The position numbers were made by a program, and so were the translations under genes. Below are positions 55,271 to 64,000 of a stretch of 64,000 bases of DNA, in pieces. The notes beneath the pieces were generated by a model. It made no database searches and was not told the origin of the DNA. It worked only from the letters and a program-made list of their open reading frames with translations. The DNA lies in assembly GCF_009914755.1 (NCBI RefSeq), contig NC_060925.1. One strand, written 5' to 3'. This DNA is from the human T2T-CHM13v2.0 reference genome, Homo sapiens. How positions within the stretch are numbered: the stretch's first letter is position 1; the number at the start of each line of letters is the position of its first letter.

Positions 55271-57796
55271 TGGCCGAGGATGGAATTAACCTTGGCCTTG
55301 GGAACAGAAGTTTCCCTTTCCACTCCCAGTACTCCCCTCTCCATCTTGGAGACAATTCATTTTTTAGTGTCTTGGTCCCTTGGTAGCTTGCTTAGGAGCT
55401 TGACAATAGTCTCTCCTATCCCCTTCCTAGCTGTGTGTCCTTGGACAAGTTCCTCAACCTCTCTGAGTCTTCATTTCTTCATCTGTTTGTTTTTTTTTTT
55501 AAATAAAAGAGTAATAAAAGAACCTCCCTCAGAAGGTTGTTATGAGGATAAAGGGACACAGCAAGTGCCCAAAAGACGGGCTCTGGCACTGGTATCGCAG
55601 CTGTGGCAGCTTCAGGGGACTGAGGTGCCATCAGACTCTATGAGGCAGTCACAGCACCTCCTCTCCTGGGCGCTTGCCCCTCTGAGGTCCTCCTGACGGC
55701 CGCCCGGTGGCCTGTCCTCGGCCGGGCTTGGGAGACAGGCCCTGTCGAGCGTCCCCCTTGTTCCCAGGCCCACGTCTGCTCCTGCTTCTCAGCATCCTTG
55801 TGCCCTCACTCCTGCCTCCGCTGCATCCTGACAGCGTTTAGTGGTTGTCACTCTTCTCCCAGATTGTGTCATGCTTGGCAGAAATCCAAGCTGGCGTTTT
55901 GACAAAAAGGGAGAACTCTGCAAAAATCCACAGGGAGATGTCAGGGAGCTCAGTGAGACACCGCCATGATCCATCACAGGGTGCCCGGCCTGGGAGAGAC
56001 CCGGGGGGAGGGAAGACACGGCACAGTCTGGACAGCGAGACCCGTGTGGCACCACCCCACCCCCATCTGTCAGTCCTAGTGATGGACGAGGGCCACCCAC
56101 CCCTGCTATGTGTGGGTATTTCCTCCCATCTAACCCCACACCCCACTGAGAGGCGGGTAACACGGCTCTTCCTGTTGCACGGGTAAGGAATGCACCTCCT
56201 CGAGGCCATGAGACTCGCCCGAGGTGTCACAGCTCCCATGTGCTAGACTCGACCATGGAGCACATCTGCCCTCGGGACCCAGTGGCCAGAACCCTCAGCC
56301 ACACAAGGGTTATGGCGGCCTCAGTCCTCCTGTGGCTTCCACATTCCAAAGCAGTTTCCCACCCAACCACACACTCACTCAATCTGCATCACAATCATGT
56401 GAGATACCAGGCAGGATGGTCACGCCCATTTGTCAGATGAAGTAACTGAGGCCCAGGGAGGTGAAGCGACTTACCTGGAGCCACCCAGGGCATTGGGGTT
56501 AGTGGTGGAGGCAGAACTAGAGGCCCAGTCACAGGGCTTGTGAGCACTGGAGAGAAGCTGAAGGCAGGGACACAGATGTGAATCAGGGAGGGCTTCCTGA
56601 AAGAGGTGGGCTGAGAGGCTGGCTTAGGAGGCCTGAAACGATGAGGCCTGCTGAGAAAGGGCAGGCCTGATGAGGGGCAAGGCGAGCTCAGATACAAATG
56701 CCAAGAGGAAAGAAGGCTGCTTTCTGTGTGGACAATGCAGATGATCTGGGATCCTCCAGGGGCCTGAGTCAGGGCCAAGGTTTTAGATGACAGCTGAGAC
56801 CCTCGAGGGACTTGTCTATCCTGAAGCATGTTCTGTCTGCAAATAGGTTATTCAGATACCCTCACGTAACACTCGTAACACTCGCTGTGTGCCTGGCACC
56901 CCCAAGCAGCTCTGTAGCTGATTTATACTGCACCTCAGGCTGTGAGATAGGGACTCTTGTTAATGTCTGACTTACAGGTGAGGTCACTGGCCCCAGGTCC
57001 CAGGTCCCACGGCCCTGAGTTGTGAAGCCAGAGTCTGTGTGGCCACAATGCTACCTTGCGGCTGCGTGCAATGGCCACTCCCCTGCCCTTCCCCTCCCCT
57101 CCCCTCCTGGGAGGTCATATAAAGGAAGATTCCACCCAGGTAGCCATGTATGGTCATCCAGAAGTGTCCAACATCAGCTCAGCCACCACACCTGGCCACA
57201 CTTGAGTCAGGGGCACAGGGCTGTCTGGGGAGATTGGAGATTGAGCATGTGGAGATGTGTTCAAGCCCTGGCTTAGCCCTGTAATGGCTGTGTGACCTCA
57301 GGCGAGCCACTTAACCTCTCTGGGCTGCCCTGTCCTCCTGGGTCCTGCTTCCCACCCAGTGCCATGAGATGTTCAAGTAGATAAGAATGCATTTTACAAA
57401 ACTGAGAGAGATTATTGTGAGCCCGTGGGCATCACTGTCAACATGAGGATCTCCTCCTGTCCTTGAGCAATCCCAGGGCTCAGCAAGAAGCTGTTTCCTC
57501 CCCTGGCACAGTTTTTCCTGAACTAGATCTCCCAGCAGGCACGTAAGCGACAGCTAAGATTGACTTGACGTTGTCAATATTCCTCCCACTGTTTGCCATC
57601 TCAGCATCCCTGGGGAACCTGGGGACTCAGCAAGAAAAATCCCTGCCTGACTCTGAGAGCTCCGATTCTCACCAGGCCCTCGGGTTTCGTAAAAATTTGG
57701 AATGCCATAGCTGGGTCTGCCGTTGGACTTTATCCAGCCCAATTCCTTTACTGAGTGATGGGGAAACTGAGTCCTGAGGGTGGGAACAGCAGCAGA

Positions 57797-57974
57797 GGAC
57801 TATTCACAGCAGCTGTTAATAGTCCCATAATCTGTAACTGCAGATAGTCCCATCATCTGTAACTTCCCATCTGTTAATAGTCCCATCATCTGTAACTTCC
57901 CATCTGTTAATAGTCCCATCATCTGTAACTGCAGGACTATTAACAGCTGTAACCTGCAGTTACAGATGATGGGA
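57797..57974. repeat. Complex tandem plus inverted micro-repeat (33-bp period)
   Basis: ctgttaatagtcccatcatctgtaact copies at 57813, ~57838, 57871 and 57904; reverse complements at 57797-57810, 57934-57947 and 57954-57974. Confidence 0.95.
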
Positions 57975-58180
57975 AGAAAATGCAACACAACTGACCTCAC
58001 AAAGAGGGAGGCAGAGTCCATGCAGAGCTCTTGCTTCAGGAATGGTTGCAGCAGCTCCAGCCTTCACATCTCAGGCTCAATTCCAGAGCAAAAGATTCAG
58101 TGTCTTTGTCCTTCCATCTCCAGCAGTTTTGCTGCATCTCATTGGCTCTTACTGGGCTATGTGACCTCCCTGAACCAAAA
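57975..58180 (-). mobile_element. MLT1K-like LTR fragment
   Basis: ggttgcagcagctccagccttcacatc...ctcattggctcttactgggctatgtgacctccctgaaccaa. Confidence 0.6.
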
Positions 58181-59569
58181 GATTCTGGGTCACCTGAGTC
58201 TACCATGCCTGCACTCATCAGATGCACCTGGGAGGTTGTTTAAAACACAGATTTCTTAGCTCTGCCTTAGAGATTCTCTTTAGGTCTGGGCTGGGGATTG
58301 GAAACCCAGGGGAATTAGTCACTGGTTCCCATTTGGGCTTTCCAAAACAACAGCAAGCAAGTCATTGCCAGCTTGCTGTGTGGCCTGGAGCAAGTCACTC
58401 TCCCTTCTCTGGGCTCCAGGTGCCTCCCCTGCACAATCTTTAGAGTTAACTGTATGAGCTAAAGGATTTCTTTCCAGTGCTCCAATTTTGTTCCCCCAGT
58501 CTATGCCTATGAAGTACTTTATAGATGAGGAAATTGAGGCCCAAAGTGAGAGGCAGAGGTGGAGTCCCAGTCCAGGTGTATCTGGCTCCAAAGACGGGTA
58601 TTGCTCCCCCAACTAGGCCACCCCCCAGGGCTTCTCAGGTTCCTGCCTTCCCACCCCTGCCCTGTGCCATCCATTAGGGTCACTCTGTGACATCATCTCT
58701 CCCAATCAGAAAGGCCCTTACCCTGGGTTCGACCCAGTCACGGCCAGTGAGACCTCCAGCTCCCAGTACCAGTCATTTTAACAGCTGAGGCTCCGGGTGC
58801 TTTGCTCTGGTTCCTGCTGGCCTATGTGGAGTCTGTGACTATCCCTCACACACCCATGGGTAAATGTCACCTTCCCAGCGGGTGGGTGGACAATGGACAT
58901 TTGTGCCATGTGGGGCCCTGCCTGAGGCCAACAACCAGGGAGCCAGGTGGGAAGAAGGGGGCACGTAAGGCCAGGGCTGGGGGAGGCTGTGTGAGTGGGA
59001 AGTGGATGAGGTAAGACCTCAGTTCTCATGCCAGTCCCACCTATCAGCAAGCATCATGTGCTCTTGCCCATCCGTAGACCAGAGGTGAGGTTTGGGTCAC
59101 CTAGTCCCGGGTAGTGCTCACATTCTGGGTTCCCACTGGGGTTGGTGTAAGGATTAGAATAATTACTAGGTGTAAAGCTGAGAACAGGGCGGGGCAGACA
59201 GCAGGCACCTACCAAATGCTTGTGGTGGTTGTTAGTCTAGACTCTAGGAAGGAGATTGGCTCTGAGCAGCGTGTTCACCTCTGTTGTCATGTGTCAGGCC
59301 CTGGGTGAGAGAGGCTGAGTGATCAGCTCATGTTCACATGGTTGGGAAAGCAGAGCCAGGCTTCAAATCTCCATCTGCCCCGAGGCCTGGGCTCTCAGAG
59401 TCCCCTTAGTGATGCCCACTGACCTGAATCACTGGATCCACTGCTCCCAGGGGGGCACTGGCCACTGTCCTCTGGGGAAGGATCAGCTGGAAGCAGGCTG
59501 CCCTCTCTGACTCACAGCATGTGGACTCTGCCCATGTGTCACCCTGGACCAGGCCTCTGTCACCCCTGA

Positions 59570-60094
59570 CCTCAGCCCTACAGCTGCCTCTTCTCTGGCC
59601 TCCCTGCCTCCATCTCCTCTTGGTGATCTGACCAAGTCACTTCCATGATCCCTACTGGCCCGAGAATGAAGTCCACACCCCTCATCCTGGCATCCAAAGC
59701 TGTGGTCACTCTCGACCTGACATCTCTGGCATTGTGGAGGCCACAGCCCCATGCATCACTTTGGTCCAGCCTCACTGGACCATCCCCCACCACTCCTGGC
59801 TTTTGTGCGTGCTGCTTCCTCCACCTGGGATGCCCTTTTCTATCTTCAATGCCAGGGAAACTCCTACTCATCCCTCAAAGCCCAATTAAGATTTTACATC
59901 TCCTTCTCTAACAGCCCCAGGGCTGACTACCTGCCCCATGTCCCCTTCTCTCCCACTCATAGGTTCCTCATGCCCTAACCCTGAGTGGCTGTCATTGTCC
60001 ATTTACAAGTCTGCCACCCTGGAGACTATCAGGGCTGCAATGGCCAAAGCCACATCCACATAGTGCATGCCAGGAGGGTTTTGTCACATTTGTT
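59570..60094 (+). mobile_element. L2 3' region, truncated at the ERV junction
   Basis: gaatgaagtccacacccctcatcctggcatccaaagc...aactcctactcatccctcaaagccca...acatttgtt. Confidence 0.75.
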
Positions 60095-60321
60095 ACTGGG
60101 ACCCGTTGCCCTTGTACATATTGTCGTTTAAGATTTCTTCCCACTCGTTCCCAGAGCTCTAGGTCTAGTGTGCCTTCTTCTGGGAACCACGGGTTATGGA
60201 AAACAACAGTTTGCATTATGTCCCTTAATTGGGCCTCTGAGACCAAGGCTCCGCTAGCTTTAAGCAGCTGTTTCAATACTTTTATATACTGTTGCTGTTG
60301 AGCTGATAACTGTTTTCCCAT
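59992..60321 (-). pseudogene. gag: HERV-K(HML-5) gag matrix N-terminus (77 aa) fused in frame to 32 aa of antisense L2
   Basis: MGKQLSAQQQQYIKVLKQLLKASG...HNPWFPEEGTLDLELWERVGRNLK is a betaretroviral MA signature; Kozak context ATCATGG. Confidence 0.85.
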
Positions 60322-60920
60322 GATGAAACCCTAGCTTGAAAATCCCCTCGAACTTGGAAATCCAAGTAATAGGAACCCAACGGGCACCAATTACTTACTG
60401 TGCAGTCACCTCACTTTCGTTTCCGAGGGTTCCACTGCAGTCCATTGCAGCCTTCCTCACACAGGGCCCACCTGCCGGGTCTGTCCCACAGACCCTGGCC
60501 AAGAGAGGAAATCAGTACTCAGACACTGATGTATGTAGTGTAAGAGCAGCTAGGTGACTGCCTGGCTCTAGTGGCCAGAGAACAGCCCCGAGAAGCTGGA
60601 GCTGCTTGCTTTTATTCAGTGCAGGCACAATGCTGAAAACCTGGAGCCAACACAACCTGTAGGTAATTAACATTTATTGTTCCCCTTTCAGGGAACCTCA
60701 CGCATTTGGATGATCAAAGGTCAGTTCCTGGTCAACATAAGTAAACAAGCCTGTTTAAGACAAATTCCCCCACATTCCCTTGTACCTACTGCTGCCTCAG
60801 GGTTATAGAACAGCTGCCTTCAGCTATTCTACCCCAAGGCTCTGCAAAACCTTCCAACCTTTCAGAAGGTTTGTGCCCTTTCCCTACAGTTTTTTGCACC
60901 ACTCTGACCAGTCCTCCACA
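60091..60920 (-). mobile_element. 3'-truncated HERV-K(HML-5)/HERVK22 provirus: LTR22 (60473-60920), PBS, leader and gag start
   Basis: LTR tgtggaggactggtcagagtggtg...gacccggca; PBS tgggccctgtgtgagga (60454-60470) resembles the complement of the elongator tRNA-Met 3' end TGGTGCCCCGTGTGAGGA, as known for HML-5. Confidence 0.88.
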
Positions 60921-61600
60921 ATCATCCACTCATTCATTCATCCACTCATTCACAAGCCTGCAATGAGCACCCACTCCAGGTTCCAGGCCAGGATCCAGGA
61001 GCTGGGGCTACGGTACTGCAAGTCAAAGCCTTCCCGCAGGGGTCTGTTCAACGCACCCCCTAGAAAGCATGTGATTATGCCTCAAATTAAGTGCTCTGAA
61101 GGAGACGAAATGGACACTCCAAGAGGGCAAACACATTTAGATCAAGGCCGGGCTGGCAGTCAGACAAGCGTCCTGAGGAGACCACAGGATGTACAGACTT
61201 GACGGGAGAGGGGGGCCAACCTGTCCACGGAGGGGACAGGCCCCAGGTGGAGAAAGCAGGTGAGCAGACACCCCAGGGGGATGAGAAGAGTGTCCAGGAG
61301 GGACCTGGGGCCTGGGACCTCCAGGGAGGGGGACTGGGGTGGGAGCAATGAGGTCAGAGCAGTGGTGGGGGGTCAGGTCACCCCAGTCCTCATGGCCCTG
61401 AAGGGTGGAGACCTGATATAAAAGCAGAGGGAGGCCCTGACAGGCTCTGAGCAGGAACGCAACTTGATCAGATTTTCGTTTGAGCCAGTCACTCTGGTGA
61501 TGGGTGAAGAATGGCTGTGGGGCCAGGTAGGAGGAGGCCCACAGGTGAGGTGGCTGTGGACTGTGATCAGGGTCAGGGGAATGGAGAAAACGGGAGACTC
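60921..61600 (-). mobile_element. L2 fragment
   Basis: cattcattcatccactcattcac 3' tail; ggccctgacaggctctgagcagg...gatcagattt. Confidence 0.7.
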
Positions 61601-62445
61601 AAGGGGAAATTCAGAGGTTGGTTGGAACAAAGAATGAATGGCCTCTTGAGTGAGGGGCTGTTGGCGGTGTTATGGGGGGTCAGGCAGCAGAACTGCCCCT
61701 CAGATTCCCCCACTCCTAGCACTTGGCAGTCCAGGTCCCGGGGTGATTGGGGTCCCCAACGTCATGACTGAGAAGCTCTGTCCACCTCTGAATAAGCCCC
61801 ATGTGATCTCTCAGGTGGAACTTGCTGTCCTGATGGGGCTGAGACACAGAGTTGGAGGAGGAGCCAGGCTGGTGGAGCGAGGTGTCTCCATCTGAATCTT
61901 CCTTGATGGGCTGGGTGACCTTGTGCAAGACTCTGCCCTCCTCTGGGCCTCAGTTTCCCCATCTGCAAAATGAGGAAGTCCCTTCCAGCTTCAAACTTCA
62001 CTGGTGAAACCAGTCTGCTACCCTCAGACCCCCCATCACATGAGCAAGGCTACAGGAGGGCACGGGATTTTGGGGCAAGGTGACCACTAATGAAGTTCAA
62101 ATGGGGTCTTCCAGGGAGGCCCCAGAACCCAGTGTCCTCCCTGTGGTGGTCTCAGTGAGGACTGAAGGGGTTACTTCTTGTGATGTTCAGAAAAAGCACC
62201 AGGTACTCTCCCCACCTACCCACCCTGGGATGAATTCAGTTTGGTAAAGTAGTAGTTATGCTGGAAATTTAATCATCACTTTGGATGATAAGGGAATTGA
62301 AAAATAAATTGAAAGTGTCAAGTACTGCATTAGGGGGAGTGATGGAGTAAGGCAGGGGGCCGGTCACAAGAAATTACACAAATTTTTGTTTTCATAATTG
62401 TAGGATTAAGAATCAAGGGTGATGGGGCCAGAGGAATGGGGGCAT

Positions 62446-62902
62446 CCCATGTGCTGGAGCCTGCTCAAACCAGCTCATGGAGCTGATGGGTAAACTTTAA
62501 AGAATTTTGTCAGGAGGTTATTAAACACAGACCACTATTAAAAATTAAATTATATTAACATCTGATGAAAAAATTACAAAGGTAACAAGTACTCAGAATT
62601 CATTAATTCCCAATTCTCTTTTAAAACTGTACTATTGCATATGCCTTTGAGATTATTTACATCTATCTTATCTATTGAGGTTAATCTATTTGAGGTTAGT
62701 TACAGCTATTGTATGGTGGAAACACTATATCATAGCGTGTTACTCTGTTTCTCTCCCAAACTTCCTGTTTAGTGACAATTCACTGAGAGCTTGAAATTGA
62801 CCGTGGTGGAAGTACTTACACCACGGAGATGGGCAGACACTACCACTCAGGGCTTTTTTTTCCTGAAGAGCCAGTTGTTAAACATTTACAGATATACCAC
62901 TG
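62446..62902 (+). mobile_element. MER63B-like hAT-Blackjack element
   Basis: gtgctggagcctgctc...gcttgaaattgaccgtggtggaagtacttacaccacgga...gagccagttgttaaacattt...accactg. Confidence 0.8.
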
Positions 62903-63196
62903 AGTTGGGAAAGGGGAGAAGGCAAAGGCAAAAATAGAAGGAGGAGATTCCAGTGTGGAGGTGGAGTCAGCATTAGAGACCATCCAGCCCCAACCCTGAG
63001 CCACCATCCACACACTGCGTCTTGGGCAGGTGGCCCTTGATGAGCCACCAGGTCAGATGGGAAACCCCTGTGCAGGTGCAGGCCACAGCCATCAGGCCAC
63101 CTTGGGGGCCTACGGGCAGGTCACTATGCACAGGGTGAACTGGGCCCCTAACCAAGGCAAGCTCTGCTTCCTCTTCCCTACAACCTGACCTTTCAT

Positions 63197-64000
63197 TGAT
63201 GGCAGTGGTGGCCCATCTGAAGCAGCCGCTGCCATCACACTGGCTGCAGCAGAGAGGCACGGCCAGGCCTTCACACTCTGTGGAGCCAGCAGGAGCCTAT
63301 GACAAGTGGGAGCCCTGCCCCTTCAGAGTTGGTGGGGTGAAAGCTCCCCATGTGCAGCTGCAGCCACCCAAGTCATGGCTGCAGACCCGGGCCTCCCTGT
63401 GCTCTTGGGGGGCTGGAAGCAAGCAGAAGCCCCACACTTCCGGGTGCAGCTGGCCTCCCAAGTCAGAGCTGCAGACCCAAACCTCTCACTCCATGAAGCA
63501 GGCAGGAGCCCCGCCCCCCTGAGCACAGCTGCAGCTGTCCAAACCACAGCTGTAGACCCAGACCCAGATATCTCTGCATTCTTGGGGGCCTGGGAAGGCC
63601 CCCCTGCCCTCGCAGGTTTGGATGTGCCTGCTCCTGCTGCTTGGCTGCTCCCTGCTGTCAGCGCATGCTCTGATCTTAGAGCAAGTTCGAGCCTGAGCCT
63701 GGGCACTGTCACAGCCTGACTGGGTGTGCACATGCTCAGGGCAGTGCTGACACACTAGACCCCTGCCACCTAGGCCCCCTCCAGACTTTGGGCACTGATG
63801 ACCATAGGAGGGAAGCTGAGGGGGACTGAGGGCAGCTTGGTACTGGCCTGCAGACATCCCTTGGCACCTACAGCCTGGGGTCCATGAAAGGCAGCAGAAA
63901 GCAGACAGCTTCCTGGGTGGAAGGGGGCAGGTCCCTGGTGAGGCCCTACCTTCAGGCTAGTGAGGGCATGAAGGCTGGGGGCCAGGCTGCCAGTCACATG
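63197..64000 (+). mobile_element. MER52 LTR 5' part, running off the window
   Basis: tgatggcagtggtggcccatctgaagcagccgctgcc; cccctgccctcgcagg...tgcctgctcctgctgc. Confidence 0.85.

Noticed and set aside
54822-56829. Cluster of 110-180 aa ORFs
   Set aside because: They overlap LTR16, MIR and L2 remnants on both strands, with no homology I recognise and no consistent exon structure.
57800-58021. Repeat protein (LQMMGLLTDGK)n
   Set aside because: It is a translation by-product of the 33-bp DNA repeat, with no gene context.
60454-60470. tRNA-Met gene fragment
   Set aside because: It is the retroviral primer-binding site, with no tRNA body.

Overview
This is primate (human-like) non-coding genomic DNA and roughly half of it is interspersed repeats: L1M/L1PA, L2, MIR, Alu, MaLR/ERV1/ERVL LTRs, Hsmar2, MER85, MER63 and a truncated HERV-K(HML-5) provirus. 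I found no host protein-coding exon, RNA gene or CRISPR array that I can support, and all recognisable ORFs are transposon-derived. Subfamily names come from remembered consensus sequences and need RepeatMasker/Dfam confirmation. I cannot claim a new biological system. The most unusual items are: (1) a two-subfamily L1 chimera at 16-20 kb whose younger piece looks circularly permuted; (2) a ~180-bp palindromic/tandem array at 57.8 kb that looks like iterative template switching; (3) a 3'-deleted HML-5 provirus that keeps its LTR, PBS and an open, myristoylation-competent matrix ORF fused to antisense L2; (4) three L1 insertions with apparent 3' transductions; (5) two promoter-like islands at 11.4 and 12.4 kb with no visible gene.
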